Origin: Spirochaetia bacterium
Lineage (GTDB): Bacteria > Spirochaetota > Spirochaetia > SZUA-6 > Bin103
Reading direction: 5' to 3'
NCBI GenBank assembly: GCA_965203515.1
Contig: OZ241907.1
Span: forward strand, 1,511,379 to 1,575,378
Length of the DNA stretch: 64,000 nt
Position 1 is the stretch's first letter; every line of letters begins with the position of its first letter. The position numbers and the translations under genes were made by a program. The notes beneath the pieces are model-generated. The model saw nothing but the letters and a program-made list of their open reading frames with translations, was not told where the DNA came from and ran no database searches. Positions 26,987 to 36,650 of this stretch are shown here, piece by piece.

Positions 26987-29305
26987 ATGGCGATGCCGCG
27001 ATTGACCGCCGCCATCGGTCCCGACCACACCGATCGGCAGATACTGCGCTTCCACCGCGTCCGCGTCGAGCGTCAGGAGGTGCTGTACGGCGACGCCGAC
27101 CCGCAGCTCTGCCGGCACGGAGCGGGGCTGGTGCTGTGCGGCCGCGGCGGATCGCTGGCGACCAGCGATGACGGGGGCGAGAGCTGGTCGCAGCTTCCCG
27201 ACCTGGCGGCGCCGGAGGCGGCGGGCGGCGCGGTGCTGGCGCTGGCCGCGCGCGCGGACGGGACCCTGGCGGCGGCGATCGAGCGGCGCGGCGCCCTGCT
27301 GATCCTGTGCGCCGACGACGCGGCCGGGCCGTGGCGGCCGGCCGCCGCGATCGACGCCGGGTTGGCCCGGCATGGGTTGACCGGCGCCGAGGGGCCGGCC
27401 GGGCCGCCGACCGCTCGCCTGGCGCCGCTGGCCGGCGGCCCGCTGCTGCTCTGTCTGCCGGGCCGCATCCTCCGTTCGACGGACGCCGCCGCGTGGGAGA
27501 CGGTGGCCGAGCCGCCGGCCGACTGGGAGCCGCTGCATCCGCTGCAGCTCCGCTCCGGCCGGCTGATCGCGCCGGTGGCGGACGGAGCCGGCGCGGTGGC
27601 GCTGGCCGAGTCGACCGACGGCGGGGCCGATTGGGACGTGCCGGACCGATTCGCGCCGCTCGCCGCCGAGTTGACGGAGCTTCCCGACGGCCGGCTGGTG
27701 CTGAGCTACGGCATGCCGCACTTCCCCTACGGCGCCCGCGCCGTGATCGGCGCCGCCGGCCTCGGCGCGGGGGACGGCGGAGCGGGGAACGGCGGCGCCG
27801 TCGCCTGGGGAGACGAGGTCTACGTGCTCGGCCTCAGCCGCTACGCCATCCGCGCAAAGGCGCGCCCGGTGCTGGCCGGGCCGGGACCGGTGGCCGGTCC
27901 GGGACCGCTGGCCGGGCCGGGACCGGTGCTGGCCGGGCCGGGAACCGGCGCCGCGGCGGCGGTGACCGGCGACGGCGTGATCGTCTCCGCCTACCACCGC
28001 GGCGCGGCGCTCGGTTCGTACGCGCCGACCATCTACGGTCCGGGGATGGACGAATGGGGGCGCAGGCCGGCGATCGGCGTGGTGCGCTGGACTCCGGAGG
28101 GCCTGGACCGGCCGCCGCTGGTCTACCCCAACCTGTGGACGGAGCGGACCGACGCGCGCGGCTACCTGGACAACGGCATGGTGCGCATGCGCCCCGACGA
28201 CCGCTACGAGGGCGGTGACTACGTCGAAAACTTCGAGATGGTGGTCTACCGCCGCGCGGCGGCCGAACAGCGCTATTTTCCGGGAGCCGGCGCCAAGGGC
28301 GTGGTCGTCTGCCGCCACCCTGACGGCAGCTTGGTCTACACCAGCCGCGACCGCCGCATCCACCGCTCCACCGACGAGGGCCGCACCTGGAGCCTGGTGG
28401 CCGAAGTCCCCCTGCCCGGTCGGCAGCCGTCGGTGTTCGGGTTCGGCGTGACCGACGCCGGCACCTTGCTGCTCTCCTACGCCGTGCTGGTCGACCCGGC
28501 GGACCCGGCGCGCGGCACGCACAACACGCACGAGCCGCGCGTGGCGCGCAGCGACGACGGCGGACGGACCTGGACCGACGCCGAGCTGGCGCCCCGGCCG
28601 ACGCGCTACTGCGGCCTGGGCGACGGCAGCCGCATCGTGCAGCTCGCCGGCGGCGCCGTGATCGCCGGCGGAGCCGTGATCGCCTGCTGCAGCAACGCCT
28701 GGAACGATCCGGCGCGGCAGGCCGGCTACGAAGGCGACGTCCTGCTCCGCTCGCACGACGACGGCCGGACCTGGGGCGACTGGACGGTGCTGCCGCCCGG
28801 CTGCTGCGAGTCGAACCTGCTGGAGCTGCCGTCCGGCGAGCTGCTCTGCGCGACGCGCTACCAGCGCGAATACCTGACCGTCGACCTCTTCGACGCGCCG
28901 GCCGGGCAGGGCGGCGGCCGCCCGACGTGGCCCGCGCCTTCCCGCAACCGGGCCGGGCCGGGCCGCTTCAAGAACGAGGCGATCATGTTCTCCACCGACG
29001 GCGGCTACGACTGGACCACCCCGTTTCTGGTCACCCGCCTGCACATGTGCTCCGCGGACATCGTGCGCCTGCCGGACGGCCGCGTCGTGCTCACCTACGA
29101 CCACAAGGACGCGGTCGGCGGCCCGCGCGCCCTGGTCAGCCCCGACGGCGGGCGCACCTGGGGCGCCGAGCACTACATCCTCTCCTACCACCCCATGGAC
29201 GCCCGCACCAGCTCGGTGACGCTCCGCGACGGCCGCGTGCTCACCCTGTGGGCGGGAGCCCGCGACCAGGGCATCCACGCCACCACCTGGTCGCCCGAGG
29301 ACTGA
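26987..29305 (+). CDS. Tandem sialidase-like/BNR Asp-box protein (two propeller modules)
   Basis: Asp-boxes 'TSDDGGESW', 'STDGGADW', 'STDEGRTW', 'SDDGGRTW', 'SHDDGRTW', 'STDGGYDW', 'SPDGGRTW'. Confidence 0.78.
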   Translation: MAMPRLTAAIGPDHTDRQILRFHRVRVERQEVLYGDADPQLCRHGAGLVLCGRGGSLATSDDGGESWSQLPDLAAPEAAGGAVLALAARADGTLAAAIERRGALLILCADDAAGPWRPAAAIDAGLARHGLTGAEGPAGPPTARLAPLAGGPLLLCLPGRILRSTDAAAWETVAEPPADWEPLHPLQLRSGRLIAPVADGAGAVALAESTDGGADWDVPDRFAPLAAELTELPDGRLVLSYGMPHFPYGARAVIGAAGLGAGDGGAGNGGAVAWGDEVYVLGLSRYAIRAKARPVLAGPGPVAGPGPLAGPGPVLAGPGTGAAAAVTGDGVIVSAYHRGAALGSYAPTIYGPGMDEWGRRPAIGVVRWTPEGLDRPPLVYPNLWTERTDARGYLDNGMVRMRPDDRYEGGDYVENFEMVVYRRAAAEQRYFPGAGAKGVVVCRHPDGSLVYTSRDRRIHRSTDEGRTWSLVAEVPLPGRQPSVFGFGVTDAGTLLLSYAVLVDPADPARGTHNTHEPRVARSDDGGRTWTDAELAPRPTRYCGLGDGSRIVQLAGGAVIAGGAVIACCSNAWNDPARQAGYEGDVLLRSHDDGRTWGDWTVLPPGCCESNLLELPSGELLCATRYQREYLTVDLFDAPAGQGGGRPTWPAPSRNRAGPGRFKNEAIMFSTDGGYDWTTPFLVTRLHMCSADIVRLPDGRVVLTYDHKDAVGGPRALVSPDGGRTWGAEHYILSYHPMDARTSSVTLRDGRVLTLWAGARDQGIHATTWSPED
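27866..27943 (+). repeat. Imperfect in-frame 18/21-bp tandem repeat encoding (V/L)AGPGP x4
   Basis: 'PVLAGPGPVAGPGPLAGPGPVLAGPGT' inside the Asp-box protein. Confidence 0.85.
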
Positions 29306-29321
29306 GGCGCGAAGCCTGCGG

Positions 29322-30935
29322 ATGCCCGCCTCGACGCTCCCCGACCCCAGACCGCCGCGGGACTGGGAGCTGATCTACGTCAGCGATCCGTCCAACGTCA
29401 CCAACTATGACTTCGATCCCGGCGACGCCCGGCCCCTGATCACCCGGCATCCCGCCGCGCCGGCGGAGCTCGCCGCCTTCATCGACCACGCCGCCGCCAG
29501 CGACGCCGACGCGTTCGTGCAGGAGGTCTACAACGCCGGCTGGATCATGTACTTCCGCTCCGATCGCTTCGAGTACGACGCGCGCCCGCAGCACCGGCGG
29601 TTCCTGCCGATGATGGACGACGGCGTCATGCCGCTGCAGGTGATGCTGGAGCGATCCCGCACGCGCGGCATGCGCTTCCTGGCCGGCTTCCGGGTCAACG
29701 ACAACCACGGCGCCCCCGATCAGGGCGGCATGTTCCTGCACCGGAACCCGCAGTGGAAGCTCACCGACGCGCCGCCCGGCGGCGCCTTCCTGCCCGGCAA
29801 CCGGATGGACTATTCGGTCGCCGAGGTGCGCGACTACCTGTTCGAGGTCGTCGCCGAGGTGGTGTCGCGGTTCGACGTCGACGGCGTGCTCCTCACCTTC
29901 CGCGACGGGCTCTACTTCCCCGCCCCGAACGGCGATCGGCGCCTTGCCCGCGAGCGGCAGCCGTTGATGACCGGTCTGCTCGAGCGGCTGCGCGCCCTGC
30001 TCGACGAGCGGGGCCGGGCGCGCGGGCGGCGGCTGGAACTGGGCGCGCTGGTGCCGCAGACCCTGGAGGACTGCCATGCCGTGGGGCTCGACGCGCCGGC
30101 CTGGATCGGCGGCGGGCTGGTCGACTTCGTGTCGCCCATGGACTCGGCGTTCACGGACTTCAACGCCGCCTACGACGAGTTCGCCGCGCTCACCGCCGGC
30201 ACGCCGTGCCGGCTCTACCCCGGCGTCCAGCCCTACTGCTCGTCGTATGAGAGCTTCGGCCCGCCGGCGACGCCGGAGAACTACCGGGCCCTGGCCCACG
30301 CCCTGCGCCGCCAGGGCGCCGACGGCATGTCGGTCTACAACTTCCAGAAGCACTGGGGCGGGTTCCGTTCCGGCCGGCGCGGCGCGGAGACCGGCTATCC
30401 GGCGGCGTTCCGCTATCTGCGCGAGGCGCGCGACCTGCAGCGGGTCGCCGACGGCGTCCGCCACTACACCTACCGCTCCCTGTGGGGCGGGTACCGCGGC
30501 ATCAGCCCGTCCGGCGCCAACGTGTGCGGGACGATGCGGGACCGGAAGCTGGTGCTGCCGCGCGCGCCGGGCAATCCGTCGGCGAGCTACCGGTTCCGGT
30601 TGTTCGAGGAGGTCGAACGGACCGCCGCGGCCACGCTGTTCGCCCGCGCCGTCGGCCTGGGGCCGGCCGACCGGATCGCCGTCCGCCTCAACGGCGCCGC
30701 CGTTCCCGACGCGCGGCTCCGCCGCATCCACCACCGCGAAGGCCGGCCCGAGAACGGCGGCCGCGCGCTGCCGCCGCACACCACCTGCGTCATCGATCTG
30801 ACCCCGGACCTGGTCGTTGCCGGCGACAACGAGCTTGCGGTCACGCTGCTGTTCTCCGGCATGGCCGCGCTGAGCGCGGCCGACGGCCAGGCTATCGTCA
30901 TCGACGAGGTCGACGTGACGATCGTCCCGGCCTGA
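29322..30935 (+). CDS. GHL10-like (family 10 glycosyl hydrolase-like) protein
   Basis: 'RFLAGFRVNDNH', 'RMDYSVAEVRDYLFEVVAEVVSRFDVDGVLLTFR', 'LDAPAWIGGGLVDFV'. Confidence 0.65.
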   Translation: MPASTLPDPRPPRDWELIYVSDPSNVTNYDFDPGDARPLITRHPAAPAELAAFIDHAAASDADAFVQEVYNAGWIMYFRSDRFEYDARPQHRRFLPMMDDGVMPLQVMLERSRTRGMRFLAGFRVNDNHGAPDQGGMFLHRNPQWKLTDAPPGGAFLPGNRMDYSVAEVRDYLFEVVAEVVSRFDVDGVLLTFRDGLYFPAPNGDRRLARERQPLMTGLLERLRALLDERGRARGRRLELGALVPQTLEDCHAVGLDAPAWIGGGLVDFVSPMDSAFTDFNAAYDEFAALTAGTPCRLYPGVQPYCSSYESFGPPATPENYRALAHALRRQGADGMSVYNFQKHWGGFRSGRRGAETGYPAAFRYLREARDLQRVADGVRHYTYRSLWGGYRGISPSGANVCGTMRDRKLVLPRAPGNPSASYRFRLFEEVERTAAATLFARAVGLGPADRIAVRLNGAAVPDARLRRIHHREGRPENGGRALPPHTTCVIDLTPDLVVAGDNELAVTLLFSGMAALSAADGQAIVIDEVDVTIVPA

Positions 30936-30980
30936 GCCGCCACACGCTATTTCCGCGGGCCCACCCGGTCCGCGGCCGCC

Positions 30981-31895
30981 CTATTCCTTGACGGCGCCGA
31001 TCAGGATGCCCTTGGCGAAGTGGCGCTGCAGGAACGGATAGAGCGCCATGATCGGCAGGAAGGTGAGCACGATCGTCGCCATCACCAGTTGCCGCGGCGG
31101 GATCAATCCCTCCTGCTGAACGAGCCGCTGCGCGGCCTGCGACAACCGGTACATGGTCGGCCGCTCCAACACGTGGCGCAGCAGCATCACGAACGGCTGG
31201 ATCGTGGTGTCGCGCACGAAGTAGAGCCAACTGGCGTAGTCATTCCAGTGGTAGACCGCCAGGAACAGCAGGATCGCCGCCAGCATCGGCTTCGATATCG
31301 GCATGATCACGCGGAAGAACGTCTGCGCCTCGCTGGCGCCGTCGATCAGACAGGCGTCCTCCAGCTCCTTGGGCACGGTATAGGAGAAGAAGTTGCGCAT
31401 GATGATGAAATAGCTGGTGTTCACGAATCCCGAGGCCAGGATCATGGCGACCGGCGATCCGAGCAGGCCGAGGTTGACGACCAGCAGATAGAGCGGGATC
31501 AGGCCGCCGGAGAAGAAGATGGTGAGGACGATCAGGATGTTGATCAGCCGCGTGCCGGGCACCTGCCGCTTGGTCACCGCGTAGGCGAGCATGCCGGTCA
31601 CCACCACGCCGGCGCCGGCGCCGACGGTGGTCTTGACGACCGAGACGCCCATGGCGCGCAGGAAGATCTGCGGCGCGCCGATCAGCATCCGTTCGTAGTA
31701 GGTGAGGTCCGGGGTGAGCGACGGCAGCAGCACGAAGTCGGTGCGAATGTACTCGCCGTACGGCATGAGCGAGACGACCAGCACGTACCACATCGGGTAG
31801 ACCGCCACCACCGCGAACAGCCCGACGAAGGTCACGGCGAACACGTCGAACAGGTTGAAGCCCAGGCGGGCGCGCAGCGTCCGTGCGCCGGTCAT
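30981..31895 (-). CDS. Carbohydrate ABC transporter permease (MalG/LplC-like)
   Basis: 'VPKELEDACLIDGASEAQTFFRVIMPISKP', 'LYPFLQRHFAKGILIGAVKE'. Confidence 0.92.
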   Translation of the reverse strand: MTGARTLRARLGFNLFDVFAVTFVGLFAVVAVYPMWYVLVVSLMPYGEYIRTDFVLLPSLTPDLTYYERMLIGAPQIFLRAMGVSVVKTTVGAGAGVVVTGMLAYAVTKRQVPGTRLINILIVLTIFFSGGLIPLYLLVVNLGLLGSPVAMILASGFVNTSYFIIMRNFFSYTVPKELEDACLIDGASEAQTFFRVIMPISKPMLAAILLFLAVYHWNDYASWLYFVRDTTIQPFVMLLRHVLERPTMYRLSQAAQRLVQQEGLIPPRQLVMATIVLTFLPIMALYPFLQRHFAKGILIGAVKE

Positions 31896-32848
31896 TCGAA
31901 GATGCCCATCACGTTCAGGCGTCGGATCCAGCGGTTGGCGGTCAACACCAGCACCAGGCCGAGCAGGTTGAAGACCAGCCCCAGAGCGGTGGCCTGCTCG
32001 AACTCGCTGCTCAACAACCCGGTCCGGTACAGGTAGGTGGAGAGCACGTCCCCGGTGTCGTACACGGCCGGGTTATAGAGATTGTACATCAGGTCGAAGT
32101 TGGAGCCGAACAGGCCGGCGAGCTGCAGCATGAACAGCACCGCGATCGTGGGAGCGATGCGCGGCAGGTAGATGTGGCGCATCAGGTGGCCGCGGTGGGC
32201 GCCGTCGCAGTGGGCGCTCTCCACCAGGTCCGGGTTTACCGAGGAGAGCGCCGCCAGATAGATGATGGTGGCGAAGCCGGCCTCCTTGATCGTGTTGACG
32301 ATCACGACGATGCCGCGGAAGTACTGCGGCGCGGTCAACCAGTGGCGCGGCTGCCCCCCGAACAGGCTGACGAGCCGGTTGAACGGGCTGTCCGGCTCCG
32401 GATAGAGGACGATCGACACCAGCGCGCCGACCACCACCCAGGAGACGAAGTGCGGCAGGTACACCATCGTCTGGACGGTGCGCCGGTACCAGCTCACCCT
32501 CACCTCGTTGAGCATCAACGCCAGAAAGACCGTGAAGGTGAAGCCGAACGCCAAGTTGTAGAGATTGATGATGAGCGTGTTGCGCAGCGCGCGGTAGAAC
32601 GGCGGCGACTGGAACAGCACCTCGAAATTGGCCAGCCCCACCCACGGGCTGCGCGCGATGCCCTTGACGATGTTGAAGTCCTTGAAGGCGACCAGCAACC
32701 CGTACATCGGCCCGTACTGGAACACCGCGATCCAGGCCAGGCCGGGCAGCATCAGCAGATAGACGAACCAGTAGCGCCGCAGCGCCGTCAGGACCAACTC
32801 CGGCAGGGAGTGGGCGGTGCGCGGCGCGCGGACCTGGATCTCTGCCAC
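31892..32848 (-). CDS. Carbohydrate ABC transporter permease (MalF/LplB-like)
   Basis: 'YLLMLPGLAWIAVFQYGPMYG', 'SPWVGLANF', 'YLPHFVSWVVV', 'IYLAALSSVNPDLVESA'; GTG start at 32848 estimated. Confidence 0.9.
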   Translation of the reverse strand: MAEIQVRAPRTAHSLPELVLTALRRYWFVYLLMLPGLAWIAVFQYGPMYGLLVAFKDFNIVKGIARSPWVGLANFEVLFQSPPFYRALRNTLIINLYNLAFGFTFTVFLALMLNEVRVSWYRRTVQTMVYLPHFVSWVVVGALVSIVLYPEPDSPFNRLVSLFGGQPRHWLTAPQYFRGIVVIVNTIKEAGFATIIYLAALSSVNPDLVESAHCDGAHRGHLMRHIYLPRIAPTIAVLFMLQLAGLFGSNFDLMYNLYNPAVYDTGDVLSTYLYRTGLLSSEFEQATALGLVFNLLGLVLVLTANRWIRRLNVMGIFE

Positions 32849-32950
32849 GACGTGCCTGCAGACCCTACGTTGGCGCCCCTGCCGGGTCAACCCTGACCGG
32901 CCGGTCGGCGCGGCCCGCCGCTCGACCGGGTGCGCTATGATCGGCCCGTC

Positions 32951-34036
32951 ATGGTCACCACCACGCCCCCCGTGCGCACCGCCATCGCCGGCCTGGGCCG
33001 CAGCGGCTGGTCGATCCACGCCCGCTTGCTGGCCGAGCAGCCGGAGCGGTTCACCGTGGTCGCCGTCCAGGATCACCTGCCGGAACGGCGCGCCGAGGCC
33101 GAGCGGCGCTTCGGCTGCCGCTCCTACGCCGATTTCGACGACCTGATCGCCGACGGCGCGGTCGAGCTGGTGGTGATCGCGGTGCCGAGCCACCTGCATG
33201 CGCCGTACGCGGTGGCTGCCCTGCAGGCCGGCCGCCACGTGGTCGGCGAGAAGCCGATGGCGACCTCGCTGGCGGAGGCCGAGCGGATGGTCGCGGCCGG
33301 CGAGGCGTCCGCCCGGCGGCTCTCCGTCTTCCAGAACTGGCGGTTCCGGCCCGACCTGCAGAAGGTCCTGGCCGTGATCGGCGCCGGCGCGCTCGGCCGC
33401 ATCGTACAGGTGCGGCTGGCGAACCACGGGTTCGGCCGACGCTGGGACTGGCAGACGCTGCGGCGCTTCGGCGGCGGATCGCTCAACAACACCGGCCCCC
33501 ACCTGATCGACGCCGCCCTGGCGCTGTACGGCGAGGGCGAGCCGCGCGTGCTCTACGTGAGCGATCGCGTGCAGACCCTGGGCGATGCGGAGGATCACCT
33601 GAAGATCGTGCTCACCCCCGACCCCGGCGACCCGGCTGCGGTCAAGTCGCCGACCGTCGACGTCGAGATCACCTCCACCTGCGCCTACCCTCAGCCGATG
33701 CTCCACGTGATCGGCTCGGAAGGCGGGCTGACCGGCGGCAACGGCGAGCTCCGGTGGCGCTTCGTGCGGCCGGGCAGCCGTCCCGAGCGCCGCCTCTCTA
33801 CCGAGCCGACCGGGGACCGGAGCTACAACCGGGAGGCGGTCGAGTGGGTGGAGCGCCGCTGGACGCTCGAGGAGGCGAAGGCCGCCGGCGCCCCGGAGAC
33901 CGAGGGCGAAGCCCGCTACTACCGGGAGCTGTTCGACGCGATCCGCGGCGGCGGGCCGCTGCCGGTCACCGCCGAGCAGGCGCTGCGGCAGATGCGCGTC
34001 ATCGAGGAGTGCCGCCGGCAGTCGGCGCTCGACTGA
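32951..34036 (+). CDS. Gfo/Idh/MocA family oxidoreductase
   Basis: 'IAGLGRSG', 'VPSHLHA', 'GEKPMA', 'FQNWRF', 'GGSLNNTGPHLID'; TATGAT 9 nt upstream. Confidence 0.92.
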   Translation: MVTTTPPVRTAIAGLGRSGWSIHARLLAEQPERFTVVAVQDHLPERRAEAERRFGCRSYADFDDLIADGAVELVVIAVPSHLHAPYAVAALQAGRHVVGEKPMATSLAEAERMVAAGEASARRLSVFQNWRFRPDLQKVLAVIGAGALGRIVQVRLANHGFGRRWDWQTLRRFGGGSLNNTGPHLIDAALALYGEGEPRVLYVSDRVQTLGDAEDHLKIVLTPDPGDPAAVKSPTVDVEITSTCAYPQPMLHVIGSEGGLTGGNGELRWRFVRPGSRPERRLSTEPTGDRSYNREAVEWVERRWTLEEAKAAGAPETEGEARYYRELFDAIRGGGPLPVTAEQALRQMRVIEECRRQSALD

Positions 34037-34084
34037 AGCTCTCGACTGAAGCGCCTGACCGGCGGCGGGCCGCGCCAGGTTGGG

Positions 34085-35359
34085 CTAGGCGCCGGCCGTC
34101 CGCCGCGCGGCGCGGTCTACGCGGGCGAACGCCGCCGCGATCCGTTCCGCCTCCGCCTCGCCCCACGACTCGCGCACCGGCACCACCAGGTGCTCGGCGA
34201 CCGCCGCATGCGCGTTCGGACAGGGAAAGGCGCGGTCCGGGTCGCCGCGGTACTCGGCGGCGGTCCAGGGGAATCCCCCGCGGGCGCCGAACACGCGCCG
34301 CTCGCGGAACCACGTGTAGGTGGCCGGCAGCGCCGCATAGGTCGGGTTGACCGGCACCCCCTCGGCCGCCACCGCGGCGCAGAACCGCTCCTTGTCCCAG
34401 CCGCCGGCGGCGCGGTAGCGCAGCCGCAGGAACCACCAGGACGGCTCCGCGCCGTCGAGCGTCTCCGGCACCTGCAACGACGGCACGCCGGCCAGCCGCG
34501 CCGCCAGCGCGCGCACGAAGGCGCGGCGGCGCTCGACCGCCGCCGGCAGCTTGGCAAGCTGCGCGCGGCCGATCGCGGCGCTCAGCTCGTCCTGGTTGAA
34601 GTTGAGCGATGCCAGGTAGTTGCGCCCCGCCGGCAGCGTGTCCCCGAACGGCTTGCCGCGGTCGGCGGCGCCGCGGATCCGGCGGTACAGGTGCGGATCG
34701 CGGGTGAACAGCACGCCGCCCTGGCCGCCGGTGGAATGGTGCTTGCCCCACATGGTGGAGAAGCAGGAGACGGTGCCGAAGCTCCCGGCCGGCGCGCCGC
34801 CGATGCGGGCGCCGTGCGCCTGCGCGCAGTCTTCGATCAGCGGCACGCCGTGCCGCTCGGCAAGGCGGGCGATCGGCTCGACCGGCGCCGGCTCCCCCGC
34901 TACGTGGGCGACGACCACGGCGCCGGTCAGCGGCCCCATCACCGCTTCGACCTGCTCGGGGCCGCAGTTGAAGGAGCCGGGGGCGGTGTCGGCCACCACC
35001 GGGATGCAGCCGAGCAGCGGCACCGGCATGATGCCGCCGGGATCGGTGATCGCCGGCACCACCACCTCCGTGAACGGCTCCACGCCGAGCGCTCGCAGCG
35101 CGACGTAGAGGGCCGCGGTGCCGGAGTTGACCGCGTCGGCGTACCCGCCGCCGAGCGTAGCGGCGAACTCCGCGCAGTACGCCTCCTCCTCCGGGCCGCC
35201 GTACTCGATCGCCGCACCGGCGGCGATGGCGCGATCGAGCACGCCGAGCACGGCGGCGCGCTCCTCGGCGCCGATCAGGCCGCGCTCCGGCAGGCCGGTG
35301 ACCACCGGCCTGCCGCCGTCGATGGCGAGCAGGTCGCCCGCCGCTCCGTCTTTACCCAT
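34085..35359 (-). CDS. DegT/DnrJ/EryC1/StrS family PLP aminotransferase
   Basis: 'AVNSGTAALYVAL', 'LIEDCAQAHGA', 'FSTMWGKHHSTGGQGG'. Confidence 0.88.
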   Translation of the reverse strand: MGKDGAAGDLLAIDGGRPVVTGLPERGLIGAEERAAVLGVLDRAIAAGAAIEYGGPEEEAYCAEFAATLGGGYADAVNSGTAALYVALRALGVEPFTEVVVPAITDPGGIMPVPLLGCIPVVADTAPGSFNCGPEQVEAVMGPLTGAVVVAHVAGEPAPVEPIARLAERHGVPLIEDCAQAHGARIGGAPAGSFGTVSCFSTMWGKHHSTGGQGGVLFTRDPHLYRRIRGAADRGKPFGDTLPAGRNYLASLNFNQDELSAAIGRAQLAKLPAAVERRRAFVRALAARLAGVPSLQVPETLDGAEPSWWFLRLRYRAAGGWDKERFCAAVAAEGVPVNPTYAALPATYTWFRERRVFGARGGFPWTAAEYRGDPDRAFPCPNAHAAVAEHLVVPVRESWGEAEAERIAAAFARVDRAARRTAGA

Positions 35360-35405
35360 GGCGCGCCAGTCTAATCTATCCGCGCCGGCCGGCCTTGCAC
35401 GCTGC

Positions 35406-35434
35406 TTGCAGAGTCGGGCAGTTCTCACTACTAT
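35406..35434 (+). promoter_or_regulatory. Putative sigma70 promoter TTGCAG-17-TACTAT upstream of ybdK
   Basis: -35 at 35406-35411, -10 at 35429-35434; implies GTG 35448 rather than ATG 35433 as start. Confidence 0.5.
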
Positions 35435-35447
35435 GCGAATCGGAACC

Positions 35448-36620
35448 GTGAACCCCGCGATCACCCTGGGCATGGAGGAAGAGTTCTTCCTGGTCGACCC
35501 GGCTACCCGCGACCTGTTGGCCGACCCCGTCCCCGAGATCCTGGCCTCCTGCGATCGACAGCGCGGGCCGCACCGCGTCGTTCCGGAGTTTCTCCGCTCC
35601 CAGCTCGAGACCAACACCCGCGTCTGCGCCTCGGTCGCCGAGGTCCGCGACGCGCTGGTGGAGACGCGCCGGCTGGTCATCGAGTCGGCCGACCGGCACG
35701 GCGCCGCGGTGATCGCCTCCTCCACCCATCCCTTCGCCTCGTGGGAGGAACAGGCGCCGACGCGCAAAGAGCGCTACGAGCGGTTCGCGGCCACGTACCA
35801 GGAGTCGGTCCGACGGCTCCTCATCAGCGGCATGCACGTCCACGCCGGCTTCGGCGACCCGGACGAACGGATCAAGGTCATGACCGCGTTGCGCCGCTAC
35901 CTGCCCCTGTTCCACGCCCTGTCGACCTCGTCGCCGTTCAACGCCGGCCACTTCACCGGGTTCAAGTCCTATCGGCTCAACATGTTCGGCGTCCTCCCCC
36001 GCACCAGTCTGCCGGCGCCGCTCTACTCGCGGGCGCAGTACGACTGGCTGGTGAACGACTACCGGCAGATGGAGTTCATCCAGGACGGCAGCGAACTGTG
36101 GTGGGACATCCGCCCCGCGCACGCGCACCCGACCGTGGAGTTGCGCATCTGCGACATGTGCCCCCGCATCGACGACACGGTCTGCATCGTGGCGCTCTAC
36201 GCATCCCTCATCCGTATGCTCCTGCGGCAGGCTCGGGCCGGCACGCTTCCCCCCGAGCCGCGCACCGAGATCATCGCCGAGAATCGCTGGCTGGCGAGCC
36301 GCTACGGAGTGTTCGCGTTTCTGGGCGATCCCGCCGCCCGCGGGCGCCTGGACATCGACGAGTACGCGGAGGAGCTGGTCGCGAAGTTGGCCGACGATGC
36401 GCGCGTGCTCGGCTGCCATGACGATCTGCTCCGCGTACCGGCGATCATCCGCGAAGGGACCAGCGCCGACCGGCAGATCGATCTCTATCGGCTCCGGCGC
36501 CTGGAAGGCGCGACGGAGACGGAAGCTCTGCATTCGGTCGTCGATCTGGTGACCGCCGAAACCCGGGAGGGAGTCACCGATTCCCGATCCGAGCGCGAAC
36601 CGCCCCGCGCCGGCGTGTGA
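35448..36620 (+). CDS. ybdK: Carboxylate-amine ligase / glutamate--cysteine ligase 2 (YbdK family)
   Basis: 'TLGMEEEFFLVDP', 'QLETNT', 'SGMHVHAG', 'SSPF', 'LWWDIRP', 'TVELRICD'. Confidence 0.9.
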   Translation: MNPAITLGMEEEFFLVDPATRDLLADPVPEILASCDRQRGPHRVVPEFLRSQLETNTRVCASVAEVRDALVETRRLVIESADRHGAAVIASSTHPFASWEEQAPTRKERYERFAATYQESVRRLLISGMHVHAGFGDPDERIKVMTALRRYLPLFHALSTSSPFNAGHFTGFKSYRLNMFGVLPRTSLPAPLYSRAQYDWLVNDYRQMEFIQDGSELWWDIRPAHAHPTVELRICDMCPRIDDTVCIVALYASLIRMLLRQARAGTLPPEPRTEIIAENRWLASRYGVFAFLGDPAARGRLDIDEYAEELVAKLADDARVLGCHDDLLRVPAIIREGTSADRQIDLYRLRRLEGATETEALHSVVDLVTAETREGVTDSRSEREPPRAGV

Positions 36621-36650
36621 CGCGCAACCGGCGGCATGGCGCTCGCGCGC

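Noticed and set aside
25418-29278. 1286-aa minus-strand ORF, and similar long shadow ORFs (624-2375, 11176-12957, 36636-38714, 53012-54502 etc.)
   Set aside because: They are antisense or off-frame to well-supported genes, Arg/Ala/Gly-rich with no motifs; this is expected stop-codon scarcity in GC-rich DNA
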